NCBI GenBank assembly: GCA_002428525.1
Contig: DIWU01000003.1
Location: forward strand, 16,662-80,661
Reading direction: 5' to 3'
Length of the DNA stretch: 64,000 bases
Source: a bacterium UBP14_UBA6098
Lineage (GTDB): Bacteria; UBP14; UBA6098
Shown here: in pieces, positions 47,850 through 57,777 of the stretch
How the letters are laid out: each line of letters opens with the position of its first letter
Numbering within the stretch: position 1 is the first letter of the stretch
The notes under the pieces: generated by a model
What the model saw: only the letters and a program-made list of their open reading frames with translations
Database searches by the model: none
What the model was told of the DNA's origin: nothing
Made by a program: the position numbers and the translations under genes

Positions 47850-48683
47850 ATGATCGAGATTAGAAAACAACTCGCCGACTCGGTGCCGTTTGTGCGGGCG
47901 AGGGCAAAGACCAATCCGAAGATTGGGATCATCCTCGGCACAGGCATGGGCGGATTGGCCGGAATGATAGAGACCGAGGCGGTTATACCCTATGAGGATA
48001 TCCCCCATTTTGTAGCCGGCGAAACGCCCGGACACGACGGCAATCTTATTTTCGGCAAGTTCTCCGGAATCCCGATAGTCGCGATGCAGGGGCGAGTCCA
48101 TTTTTATGAAGGGTTTTCGCTGAAAGAGGTGACCTATCCGGTTCGGTTGATGCGGGCCTTGGGGGTCGAAACACTGGTCGTTTCGAACGCCGCCGGCGCG
48201 CTGAATCCGCTGTTTCGCAAGGGCGATGTGATGCTCATCACCGACCAAATCAACCTCATGGGCGATAACCCGTTGAGGGGGCCAAACGACGACGCCCTCG
48301 GAGTGCGTTTCCCCGATATGAGCCGCGCCTATACGCCCGAGCTCAGGCGAGTATTCGAGGCGACGGCGCTGGAGAACGGAATCCGCCTCGTCGAGGGGGT
48401 TTTCGTCGCGCTGATGGGGCCGTGCTACGAGACCGCCGCGGAATACAGATTCCTGCGGACTATCGGTGCGGACGCGGTCGGAATGAGCACGGTGCCGGAG
48501 GTCATAGTTGCGGTTCACGGCGGGATGAAGGTGGTCGGTTTCTCTATGATAACCGATATGTGCCTGCCGGATTCCTTGGTTCCGGCCGATCATAACGAAA
48601 TTATTCAGGTTGTCAAAGAGGCCGGCGACAAGCTCGAGAGCCTGCTCGAGATCGCCTTGCCGCGTATAACAGATTCGATTTAA
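47850..48683 (+). CDS. Purine nucleoside phosphorylase (PNP family I, trimeric PunA/XapA type)
   Basis: 277 aa, ...IGIILGTGMGGLAG...VAGETPGHDGNLIFGKFSGIPIVAMQGRVHFYEG...VSNAAGALNP... Confidence 0.9.
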   Translation: MIEIRKQLADSVPFVRARAKTNPKIGIILGTGMGGLAGMIETEAVIPYEDIPHFVAGETPGHDGNLIFGKFSGIPIVAMQGRVHFYEGFSLKEVTYPVRLMRALGVETLVVSNAAGALNPLFRKGDVMLITDQINLMGDNPLRGPNDDALGVRFPDMSRAYTPELRRVFEATALENGIRLVEGVFVALMGPCYETAAEYRFLRTIGADAVGMSTVPEVIVAVHGGMKVVGFSMITDMCLPDSLVPADHNEIIQVVKEAGDKLESLLEIALPRITDSI

Positions 48684-48703
48684 CTTTTTTCTACGGTGGA
48701 ATT

Positions 48704-49141
48704 ATGGGTGATGCACTTCGAGCAAAGAGCCGTTCTTTCGAAGAGGAGATTCGCGGGCTGTATTCCGAGTTCTCGCAGATGAAGAACGGTGTTATGTTGA
48801 ACGCACTCAATGTCTGGCATCCGCCGACCGATGTTTGCGAGACCGAGGACGAGTTTGTGATTACCTGCGAGCTTGCTGGGATTCGCAAGGAGGATATTCG
48901 GATTCAGCTCTTGGACGATGTCGTTCAAATCTCCGGCACGCGCATCGAGAAACGGCCGATCGCCCGCGCGATCTTTCACAACCTCGAGATAAACTACGGC
49001 CCCTTCGAGAGGAATATCCGCTTTCCGAAGAGGTTTCTCGGCGCGGAACCTCGCGCGAGTTTCAATGAGGGAGTGCTCTGCGTCAAGATTCCCGCAAGCC
49101 CTCCGCATCCGAAGGGGAAAGTCGAGATCGAGGTAGAATGA
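48704..49141 (+). CDS. Small heat-shock protein, Hsp20/alpha-crystallin family
   Basis: 145 aa. Alpha-crystallin domain (...WHPPTDVCETEDEFVITCELAGIRKEDIRIQ...LCVKIPA...). Confidence 0.9.
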   Translation: MGDALRAKSRSFEEEIRGLYSEFSQMKNGVMLNALNVWHPPTDVCETEDEFVITCELAGIRKEDIRIQLLDDVVQISGTRIEKRPIARAIFHNLEINYGPFERNIRFPKRFLGAEPRASFNEGVLCVKIPASPPHPKGKVEIEVE

Positions 49142-51480
49142 GGTTCGACGAGATGGATATCGATAAGGACAACGAAAAGACCGAGGTTCTCGGGATACTT
49201 CCATTGATCCAGAATGTCGCCTTTCCGGGACAGATCGTTCCGCTTGTGATTCAGGATGAGCGGCATATAAAGCTAATCGACGATATTGTCGGCGAAGACA
49301 AGATTATGGCTATGGTCCCCGCGCTCCCCGGCCGCGAAGTGGCGGATAGCTTCGAGAGCCTCTTCGAGTTTGGAGTGCGCGCCTCTGTGATGAAGCTCCT
49401 GCGCTTTCCCGACGGGAGTTTGAGGGTTTTGGTCAGATGCCTCGAGCGGCTAAGGTTAATTGACCGAATCAAAGAAAAGCCATATATGGTCGCGCGTTTC
49501 GCGCAGGTCGAGGAGTCGAGGGTTCAGGGCGACGAAGAAACCGCGCTAATTCGGACGATTTTAGAACAATTCAAAGAGGTGGCGAAACTCGCGCCCTATC
49601 TTCCCGACGAGATTCCGGTCGAGGCCTTCGATATCGAGGACCCCGGCCGTTTCGCCGATTCGATTGCGGCCTATCTTGCTATCGATCCGAGAAAGAAACA
49701 AGCGCTTCTTGCCGAAACGGATATTTTAAAGAGGCTCAAAGACTTGCGCGAGTTTGTCACCTACGAACTGACCGTGCTTCGCCTCAGTAGCGAGATACAG
49801 ACCGAGGCCAACGAATCGATCCGCAAAGGCCAGCGTGAATTCTTGCTTCGCGAGCAGATGAAGGCGATTCGCAAAGAACTCGGCGACGACGAGCACCCGG
49901 AGATCTCGCAGTTTCGCGATAGGCTCGAACAGAAGGCCATGCCCGAAGAGGCGAAGAAGGCCGCGGAGACCGAGATAGACCGCCTCGAGCGGATGAACCC
50001 CGCCAGCGCCGAGTATTCGGTTTCAATCACATATCTCGATTGGCTTTTAAAGTTACCGTGGCTCGAATCGACCGAGGACAGGATCGATATCGCCACCGCG
50101 CAGGCGGTTTTGGACGAGGATCATTACGGCCTCGAGAAAATAAAGGAGCGAATCGTCGAGTTTTTGGCCGTGCGCAAGCTCAAGCCCAACGCGAAATCGC
50201 CGATTCTACTTTTCATCGGGCCGCCGGGAGTTGGAAAAACAAGCCTCGGAATGAGCATCGCGCGATCGATGGGGCGCGAGTTCTATCGTATGAGCCTCGG
50301 CGGAATGCGCGACGAGGCGGAGATCCGCGGACACCGGAGAACCTATGTCGGCGCGCTTCCGGGGCGAATCCTTCAGGGGATCTCGCGTTGCGGCTCGAAC
50401 AATCCGGTCTTCATGCTCGACGAGATCGACAAGATCGGGCAGGACTTTCGCGGCGACCCCTCCTCGGCGCTTTTAGAGGTGCTCGATCCCGAGCAAAACC
50501 GCGCCTTCGTCGATAACTACCTCGAGGTGCCGTTCGACCTATCGAAGGTATTCTTCATCGCGACCGCGAATTATATAGACCCGATTCCGAGTGTGCTTTT
50601 GGACAGGATGGAGATGCTCCGGCTTCCGGGCTATACGAATCGGGAAAAACTCAATATCGCGAGGCAGTTTCTCGTCCCGCGGCAGATCGAGGCGCACGGC
50701 CTCGACAAGGCGAAGATATCCTTCTCGGAGGAGGCGCTCGCGGATATCATCGATAATTACACGCGCGAGGCCGGAGTGCGGAACCTCGAGCGAACGATAG
50801 CGGATATCTGCCGAAAGGTCGCCCGCGAGATTGCAAGCGGAAAACGAAGGCGCGCGGTAATCACCGAAGGACGTGTGCGAGAGTATCTCGGGCCGGACAG
50901 GTTCGCGGATGCGGCGCTTCCCTCGAAGATCGGCCCCGGCATGGCCTTCGGGCTGGCATGGACGCCGACCGGCGGCGAGGTGCTCACGATCGAGGCGACG
51001 GCGATGCCCGGCAAGGGTAGCCTTATTCTGACCGGCCATCTCGGCGATGTCATGAAGGAATCCGCGCAGACGGCCCTCAGCTGGCTGAGGTCTGAGGCCT
51101 CGGAGCTTGGGGTCGAGCGCGATTTCAACCAAGCGGATATTCATCTGCATGTCCCCGCCGGCGCTATCCCGAAGGATGGCCCCTCGGCCGGAATCGCAAT
51201 GGCCACATGCCTGACCTCGCTTTTCACCGGCCGATCGCCGATCCCGAAAACGGCGATGACCGGCGAGATTACGCTTCGCGGCGAGGTTCTGCCGATCGGC
51301 GGTCTGAAGGAGAAGATACTCGGAGCTAAGCGCGCGGGGATCGAGAGGATAATCGTCCCGCGGCGAAACGAGGTCGAACTTGAAGACCTCCCGAAAGAGA
51401 TTAGGAAATCGGTGAAATTTATTTTAGTCGATAATATGGGGGATGTGATAGAGGCCGCGCTGGTAAAAACCTGTCTTTAG
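49138..51480 (+). CDS. lon: ATP-dependent Lon protease
   Basis: 780 aa. LON N-terminal domain, AAA+ Walker [10 protein letters not shown], and the protease domain with [15 protein letters not shown] (catalytic Ser). Its start overlaps the hsp20 stop (ATGA). Confidence 0.95.
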   Translation: MRFDEMDIDKDNEKTEVLGILPLIQNVAFPGQIVPLVIQDERHIKLIDDIVGEDKIMAMVPALPGREVADSFESLFEFGVRASVMKLLRFPDGSLRVLVRCLERLRLIDRIKEKPYMVARFAQVEESRVQGDEETALIRTILEQFKEVAKLAPYLPDEIPVEAFDIEDPGRFADSIAAYLAIDPRKKQALLAETDILKRLKDLREFVTYELTVLRLSSEIQTEANESIRKGQREFLLREQMKAIRKELGDDEHPEISQFRDRLEQKAMPEEAKKAAETEIDRLERMNPASAEYSVSITYLDWLLKLPWLESTEDRIDIATAQAVLDEDHYGLEKIKERIVEFLAVRKLKPNAKSPILLFIGPPGVGKTSLGMSIARSMGREFYRMSLGGMRDEAEIRGHRRTYVGALPGRILQGISRCGSNNPVFMLDEIDKIGQDFRGDPSSALLEVLDPEQNRAFVDNYLEVPFDLSKVFFIATANYIDPIPSVLLDRMEMLRLPGYTNREKLNIARQFLVPRQIEAHGLDKAKISFSEEALADIIDNYTREAGVRNLERTIADICRKVAREIASGKRRRAVITEGRVREYLGPDRFADAALPSKIGPGMAFGLAWTPTGGEVLTIEATAMPGKGSLILTGHLGDVMKESAQTALSWLRSEASELGVERDFNQADIHLHVPAGAIPKDGPSAGIAMATCLTSLFTGRSPIPKTAMTGEITLRGEVLPIGGLKEKILGAKRAGIERIIVPRRNEVELEDLPKEIRKSVKFILVDNMGDVIEAALVKTCL

Positions 51481-51489
51481 GAGAATCTG

Positions 51490-53844
51490 ATGTCGAGGAT
51501 TTATTTGCTCTTAGTGCTTTTAACGGCGATGGTTTGCGCTTTTGCGAACGACGCCGAGATATACAGCCTTGTTCGTGTGCCTTGGGGCTTCGAGGGCAAG
51601 GTTCCCTCGGAGATCACCTCGGCGAGGCCGGGGGTTTGGGCGGAATTCGCGATTCCGGAGGGTGACCTCGCCCTGCTTCGCGCGCGGGCGGTGCCCTTCG
51701 AGGTGAGGATTCCCGATATGGCCGGCTTCTACGCCTCGCGCCTCGACGACAGGCTCGATATGGGCGGCTGGCGCACCTACGAGATGATCTATGCCGCTCT
51801 CGATTCGCTTCACGCGGAGTTCCCCGAGTTCGTTTCGGAGCCGGAGTCCATCGGTGCCGGCTGGAACGGCTATATCATCAAGGCCGTCAAGATCTCGGAT
51901 AATGTCTCTGTCGATGAGGGCGAGCCGGAGGTGCTTATCAACGGGGGAATCCACTCTCGCGAGGTGATAGCCCCCGAGATCGTGCTGACCTTCGCCCGCT
52001 GGCTTCTGGACTCGATGGCAACAAGCGAGGTCGCGCGGCATATCGTCGAGAAGCGCGAGACATGGATAGCACCGCTTCTGAACCCCGACGGCTATATGCA
52101 GAATCAAACCACGAACCCCACCGGCGGCGGGATGTGGCGCAAGAACCGCAGAAACAACGGCGACGGGACTTGGGGCGTCGATCTGAACAGAAATTTCCCC
52201 TATATGTGGGGCAACGACGATATCGGTAGTTCGCCTTCGACTAATCAAGAGACCTATCGCGGGCCCTTCGAGGGAAGCGAGCCGGAGACTCAGGCGATTA
52301 TGGAGTTTTACAATTCTCGCGAGTTCCGCTCTTCATTGAGTTTCCACAGCTATAGCAACTACTATCTTTTCCCGTGGGGATGGACCTACGACCTGCCCGA
52401 GCATAACGAGTGGTTCCTTCGCGTCGGTTTCCGATACACCCGCGGAAACGGCTATCTTTACGGCCCCAGCGCGACAACTATTTATATCACAAACGGCGAC
52501 GCCGACGATTGGGTTTACGGCGCAACCGACGAGCATCCGTGGGTCTTTGTCTGCACGCCTGAGGTCGGTGGGGATTCCGACGGCTTTTGGCCGCCGATAT
52601 CGCGAAAAGCGCAACTTGTCTCGGAGAATATGCCCTCGTGTAAGGTCTGTTGTCAAATCGCAGGGGCGGCGCCCTTTATGACCGCGGCTTGGATTGACCC
52701 ATTTTTCGGCGATTCGAGCGGTTACGCCGATCCCGGAGAGAGGTCGAGGATTCTGGTCGAGGTCGAGAATTTAGGCCGGGATCCTTCATGGTTTTACGCT
52801 AAGGCGATCGGCGCATCAGCTGGTGTGAGCTTCGTCAACGATTCAGCTTGGGGCGGAGAGATGGCCTCTGAGGGCTATGATACCTTGGCCTTCGTGTTCG
52901 AGATCGACGAAGCGGTTGTTTTCCCCGGCGATAATATCAAGATAGTGTTCGAGATTCGCGACACCAGCGGCTATGTCGCCCTCGACTCGACGAGTTTCAC
53001 GTGCGGAACACCGATGGTGCTTTCGGAATGGGACTTCGAGACCTCGACCGCGGGGTTCACCGGGAGCGGCGATTGGGAATGGGGCATCCCGACCGGCGGA
53101 CCGGACCGCGCCTTCTCGGGCTTCAAGCTCTGGGCGACTAAGCTCGGGGCGAATTATACAGACGACCGCCTCTCAGAGCTTCTTTTGCCCGCGGTCTCGA
53201 TACCCGACAGCACGCATCGGCCGCGGCTTCAATTCGCGCATTGGTTCAGCTTCGAGCCGCCGAGCGGAGGGGATATCTACGACGGCGGGACGGTTATGCT
53301 TTCGAGCGACGGCGGTGTTAATTGGCGAGTTATTAGCCCGCTCGGCGGATACGATGGCGTCGCATACTCCTATAACGACTATGTCGGCGGCGATAGCGTA
53401 TTCACCGGTTCGAGCGGCGGATGGCGCACCGAGACCTTCGAGCTGGAGCCATATTCGGGGACGAATGTGCTCGTGAAGCTGGTTTTCGGGAGCGACCCCT
53501 ATGTCAGCGCCGCGGGGTGGTTTGTCGATGATATCCGCTTCGTTTATTACCTCGAGCCGGGGATGGCCGCGGGTTCGATACCCACGCCCTCCAGCATGAG
53601 ATACAGTATTTTCCCGAACCCTTTCAATTCGGCCTGCCGTATCGAATTCGATTGCGATTTGCCGCGCGACGCGAGAATAGACATCTTCGATATTTCGGGG
53701 AAACTTGTGCGCGGCTTCGAGGGGAAGTCGGCGCTTTGGGACGGCAAGGACAACGAGGGCGACGATATTCCGACGGGTGTATATCTGGCGCGTTTTACCT
53801 CCGGAAACCGCGTCGGGCACGCTAAAGTGTCGATTATAAAATGA
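51490..53844 (+). CDS. M14 family zinc carboxypeptidase with MAM-like domain and T9SS C-terminal sorting domain
   Basis: 784 aa. Signal peptide. M14 motifs (...INGGIHSREV..., ...SFHSYSNYYLFPWG...). WDFETSTAGFTGSGDWEWG is MAM-like. C-terminus FPNPFNSACRIEFDCDLPRDARIDIFDISGKLV...GVYLARFTSGNRVGHAKVSIIK is a T9SS CTD. Confidence 0.85.
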   Translation: MSRIYLLLVLLTAMVCAFANDAEIYSLVRVPWGFEGKVPSEITSARPGVWAEFAIPEGDLALLRARAVPFEVRIPDMAGFYASRLDDRLDMGGWRTYEMIYAALDSLHAEFPEFVSEPESIGAGWNGYIIKAVKISDNVSVDEGEPEVLINGGIHSREVIAPEIVLTFARWLLDSMATSEVARHIVEKRETWIAPLLNPDGYMQNQTTNPTGGGMWRKNRRNNGDGTWGVDLNRNFPYMWGNDDIGSSPSTNQETYRGPFEGSEPETQAIMEFYNSREFRSSLSFHSYSNYYLFPWGWTYDLPEHNEWFLRVGFRYTRGNGYLYGPSATTIYITNGDADDWVYGATDEHPWVFVCTPEVGGDSDGFWPPISRKAQLVSENMPSCKVCCQIAGAAPFMTAAWIDPFFGDSSGYADPGERSRILVEVENLGRDPSWFYAKAIGASAGVSFVNDSAWGGEMASEGYDTLAFVFEIDEAVVFPGDNIKIVFEIRDTSGYVALDSTSFTCGTPMVLSEWDFETSTAGFTGSGDWEWGIPTGGPDRAFSGFKLWATKLGANYTDDRLSELLLPAVSIPDSTHRPRLQFAHWFSFEPPSGGDIYDGGTVMLSSDGGVNWRVISPLGGYDGVAYSYNDYVGGDSVFTGSSGGWRTETFELEPYSGTNVLVKLVFGSDPYVSAAGWFVDDIRFVYYLEPGMAAGSIPTPSSMRYSIFPNPFNSACRIEFDCDLPRDARIDIFDISGKLVRGFEGKSALWDGKDNEGDDIPTGVYLARFTSGNRVGHAKVSIIK

Positions 53845-54143
53845 GCGGGCTTTCGAGAGACGATGTTGACCGGCTCGCGGGGATTCTCCGAGTTCTCGGG
53901 CATCCGGACAGGCTTCGAATACTTGCCTGTTTGCTCAACGAGGGGTGCTTCGTGAAGGATTTGGCCTCGCGGCTCGAGCTTCCGCAATCGACTGTCTCGC
54001 AACACCTTAGGGTGATGACCGACAGGGGGATTTTAATCAGTGTGCGCGAAGGAGTCAAGGTTTGCTACTACCCGGAGGACTCCTTCGCGAAGGATATCGC
54101 AAGGCTCGTGTTGCCGCTTTGTGCCAATGGTCGCGGCAATTAG
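53841..54143 (+). CDS. ArsR/SmtB-family transcriptional regulator
   Basis: 100 aa. HTH region HPDRLRILACLL.EGCFVKDLASRLELPQSTVSQHLRVMTDRGIL. Its start overlaps the M14 stop (ATGA). Confidence 0.85.
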   Translation: MSGLSRDDVDRLAGILRVLGHPDRLRILACLLNEGCFVKDLASRLELPQSTVSQHLRVMTDRGILISVREGVKVCYYPEDSFAKDIARLVLPLCANGRGN

Positions 54144-54231
54144 AAAAAAGTGTTGCTTTCGGTCGAACGAATTTATATTTTTGAATATTAATCGGTCGAT
54201 ATATAGTTTAAGTTTTCGGTGAAGATTTAAC

Positions 54232-56496
54232 TTGGATAATCAGCCCTCCGACAACGACGATAACCGACACGAATCGCGTGCTCGAATGAGCGGCCGCGCG
54301 ATTCGGCTCCACGATTTTTACCTTTCGCATCGGGTCTATATCCTTTTAGCGATAACCGCGCTTTTCACGGTGCCGTTCTTCATTCCCTTCGGCGGAGTCG
54401 AATCGGACATCCCCGCCGTCGGCGATATTAGCACTAAAGAGGTTATCGCGCCCTTCAACTTCCCGATTATAAAAACCGACGACGAGTTCGAGCGCGAGCG
54501 GCAAGTCGCGCGGCAGAATGTGCCATTCGTTTTGGACTACGTTGACGGTGTGGCCTCGGGCGCGAGGTCGGAGTTCGAGGCGACATGGAATGCCGTGATA
54601 AAGCTCAGCGAGAACCGCGGGCTTTCAGCCACCGCGAAGGTCGATTCGATAAAGGGGCGTTTTCCGGGAATCTCGGTCGAATCGGCGCGAACCCTCGCAG
54701 AATTGAGGCGGCCCTCCGATGTCCGAACGGCGGTTAATGAACTTCTGCAAGAGGCATACGTAGAGGGGATTTTCAGCTGGAAAAGCCTCGCGAAGGGGGA
54801 CACCGCCCAGCTTTTCAGTATTCGCAAGAAACAAACCGAACAGATAGTCCCCTCCGAGAGAGTGCCGACGGTCGAAACCGCGATTAAACAGCTCGAAGAA
54901 AAGGCCTTGGCGAGATACACAAGCTACCCGAATAAGGGGCGGCTCGTGTTCGAGCTTGCAAGCTCTTTTCTGAGGCCGAACCTTATCCCCGACACAGAAC
55001 TCACGGAGCGCAACCGGCAGAAGGCCCTCGACGGAGTCAAGCGCGAGCGGGGCATTGTTCTCAAGGATCAGCGCATCGTTGACGCACACGAGCGAGTTTC
55101 CGAGGAGATACACCAGAAACTTGTTTCTCTGGCTATAGCCAAATCCGGGAAATACTCGAGCAGGCCGGCGGTTTTCAGCGCTTTGACAGTCTTGGCGCGT
55201 TTTCTACTCGCGCTTTTAGTGCTTTGGATTTTCGCGAAGTATCTCCAAATTCGCTCCAAGGCTATATGGCAGAATCCGCAAAGGCTTGGGATCGTCCTTT
55301 TTGCAATATGGCTACCGTGTCTTTTCGCCTTTATTATAAGGGCGGTAGGTTGGCCTGATTTCCTGACACCCATTGCCTTCTCGGCCTCGCTGATAGCGGT
55401 TTTATTTGGCCTCGAACCGGCGATCGCGGTTGTTTTCGCCTGTTCCGCAATTGTCTCGTTGACGAGTATGAATCCCCATAATCTGCTGATCACGCTTTTA
55501 GTCGAGGGGATAATCTGCGCGTTGTTCTTCGCCCGGGTTCAGATCCGCCGCGAGAGTATCACTGCAATAGCTTATACCTCCGCCGCGGCGCTTATTACGG
55601 TTTTTGTGCTCGATTTCATCTCCTTGACCGAATATGGAACTCTCGGGCTTCGCGCGCTCACCGTCCTTGCGGCGAGTGTTTTCGGGCCGCTTTTGGCACT
55701 GGGGCTTTTGCCCTTTTTCGAGAAGCTTTCGAAGATCGTCACCGATTTCACGCTCGTCGATTACGCCAACACGAACGCGCAAATCCTACAACAGCTTGCT
55801 ATCGAGGCACCGGGGACATTCCACCACAGCATTGTTGTTAGCAATATGGCCGAAACCGCCGCGGAGGCGATCGGCGCGGACACTCTTTTATCCAAGGCCG
55901 GCGCGCTTTACCACGATATAGGAAAGCTCTCGCAACCGTATTATTTCTCGGAGAATCTCACCGAGGACAACCCCCATGAACGACTCAGCCCGAGAGTGAG
56001 TTTCACCGTGCTTTCCGGCCATGTGCAAGAGGGCATTAGGATGGCCGAAAAGAACGGTATTCCGAAACCGGTGGTCGATATTATTCAACAGCACCACGGC
56101 GACGGAGTGATGAAGTTCTTCTACGAGAAGGCCTTAGATGCCAAAGAGCCGGTGACCGAGGAGGACTTCCGGTATCCCGGGCCGAAGCCTCGATCGAAGG
56201 AAGCGGCTATTGTGATGCTGGCGGACACTGTCGAGGCAACGGTCAGGTCGATGGGCGAGCTTGAAAAGAAGGAGCTTTACCCGATAATCAAGAGCACTAT
56301 CGAGGATAAGTTCACCTCGGGTCAGCTTTCCGATTGCGATTTAACAACGAGGGATTTAAGCCTCATCACCGAGGCCTTCGTCAAGATATTAGAGGGCGTA
56401 TTACACCGAAGGCCGAGGCTCAAGCTTAAGGAAGGCGCTTCACCCTCACAGAAAGACAGCGTGGAGGGACTTCACCCCCCGCAAAACACGAACTAA
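54232..56496 (+). CDS. pgpH: 7TM-receptor HD-domain membrane phosphohydrolase (PgpH-like, HDIG)
   Basis: 754 aa from a TTG start. N-terminal extracytoplasmic domain, 7 TM helices, and a C-terminal HD domain (...HHSIVVSNMAETAA...LYHDIGKL...). Confidence 0.85.
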   Translation: MDNQPSDNDDNRHESRARMSGRAIRLHDFYLSHRVYILLAITALFTVPFFIPFGGVESDIPAVGDISTKEVIAPFNFPIIKTDDEFERERQVARQNVPFVLDYVDGVASGARSEFEATWNAVIKLSENRGLSATAKVDSIKGRFPGISVESARTLAELRRPSDVRTAVNELLQEAYVEGIFSWKSLAKGDTAQLFSIRKKQTEQIVPSERVPTVETAIKQLEEKALARYTSYPNKGRLVFELASSFLRPNLIPDTELTERNRQKALDGVKRERGIVLKDQRIVDAHERVSEEIHQKLVSLAIAKSGKYSSRPAVFSALTVLARFLLALLVLWIFAKYLQIRSKAIWQNPQRLGIVLFAIWLPCLFAFIIRAVGWPDFLTPIAFSASLIAVLFGLEPAIAVVFACSAIVSLTSMNPHNLLITLLVEGIICALFFARVQIRRESITAIAYTSAAALITVFVLDFISLTEYGTLGLRALTVLAASVFGPLLALGLLPFFEKLSKIVTDFTLVDYANTNAQILQQLAIEAPGTFHHSIVVSNMAETAAEAIGADTLLSKAGALYHDIGKLSQPYYFSENLTEDNPHERLSPRVSFTVLSGHVQEGIRMAEKNGIPKPVVDIIQQHHGDGVMKFFYEKALDAKEPVTEEDFRYPGPKPRSKEAAIVMLADTVEATVRSMGELEKKELYPIIKSTIEDKFTSGQLSDCDLTTRDLSLITEAFVKILEGVLHRRPRLKLKEGASPSQKDSVEGLHPPQNTN

Positions 56497-56517
56497 GGAG
56501 GATTTCCCCCTCAAGGG

Positions 56518-57777
56518 ATGCCGATGATAGCTATATTGTTATTGTTATTGGCTTGGGGTTTGATCATTGTGTTTATATATGCTGTTTCAACGGCCGAGAA
56601 CGCCGCCTTTTCTCTGTCCGCGGACGATATTCGTTCGCTCGCGACCAAGGACGAGTCCGGTGCGAGATGGCTTTCGGAGCACCTCAAGAAACCTCGGGAA
56701 TTTATACAGTTTTTCGTGATACTCAAGACCTTTCTTGCGGCATGCCTTTTCACCTCGGGAGTTTTCTTTTATATACTAACCCCGAATTGGTTAACCGTAG
56801 CGGTTTGCGGGGTTTTGGTTTGGATAGTTCTGATTATGTTCGCAAACGCATTCCCCGGCAAGGCGATCCGCGGCGATCGGATAAGAAAGGCCCTGCAGTG
56901 GTTGCCGTTTGTGCAGTTCTTGGGATTCATCCTGACGCCTTTGGTTTTGCTTTGGAGGTCTTTGCTCCGTGTTCTGGTTCCGGAGGGCGGGATCGGCGGG
57001 CCGTTGGCCATCGAGCGCGTGCTCGACGAGCTTATGCCCGAGGGAGAGGTTTTTTCCTCTTTGGAAACCGACGAGAAGGAGATGATCCGCCATGTCGTCG
57101 AGTTCAAGAACACGACGGTGCGTGAGATTATGGTCCCGCGGATCGATATGGTCTGTATTCCGGCCGATGCGACACCGCGCGAGGCCGTGAAGGTTATCAC
57201 CGACGCCGGCCATACGAGAGTCCCGATCTATGAGACCCGCATCGACAATGTCGTCGGAGTGCTATACGCGAAGGACCTCCTGCTCGCGATCAGCTCGGAC
57301 AAAGAGGTGAAGAGCCTTGTCGATATCGCCCGCGAACCGCATTTTGTCCCCGAATCCAAGCTCGTGAACGACCTGCTTCGCGAGCTGAAACGCACGAGAA
57401 TCCATATGGCGATCATCGTCGATGAATACGGTGGCACTGCGGGGCTTGTGACGCTCGAGGATTTGATCGAGGAGATCATCGGCGAGATTCAGGATGAGTA
57501 TGATTTCGAGGAGGTTTCGATAAGAAAGCTCTCGGATAATGTATATAATGTCGAGGCTAAGGTGCCGATCGACGAGGTCAACGAGCAACTTGGAATCGAG
57601 CTTCCCGAGGACGAATCGGAGACGCTGGGAGGCTTCATTTATAGTCTCGCGGGCGCGATCCCTAACGCCGGAGACCGCTTCGAGTTCGAGAATCTGTTGT
57701 TTGTTGTCGAGTCGGTTTCCGGCCAGAGACTTAAAAATGTGAAAATAATCATCAGGAAAAACAATGAAGAGAATTAG
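56518..57777 (+). CDS. corC: HlyC/CorC-family transporter (DUF21-CBS pair-CorC_HlyC)
   Basis: 419 aa. Four N-terminal TM helices (DUF21), tandem CBS domains (...VREIMVPRIDMV...), and a C-terminal transporter-associated domain. Confidence 0.9.
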   Translation: MPMIAILLLLLAWGLIIVFIYAVSTAENAAFSLSADDIRSLATKDESGARWLSEHLKKPREFIQFFVILKTFLAACLFTSGVFFYILTPNWLTVAVCGVLVWIVLIMFANAFPGKAIRGDRIRKALQWLPFVQFLGFILTPLVLLWRSLLRVLVPEGGIGGPLAIERVLDELMPEGEVFSSLETDEKEMIRHVVEFKNTTVREIMVPRIDMVCIPADATPREAVKVITDAGHTRVPIYETRIDNVVGVLYAKDLLLAISSDKEVKSLVDIAREPHFVPESKLVNDLLRELKRTRIHMAIIVDEYGGTAGLVTLEDLIEEIIGEIQDEYDFEEVSIRKLSDNVYNVEAKVPIDEVNEQLGIELPEDESETLGGFIYSLAGAIPNAGDRFEFENLLFVVESVSGQRLKNVKIIIRKNNEEN

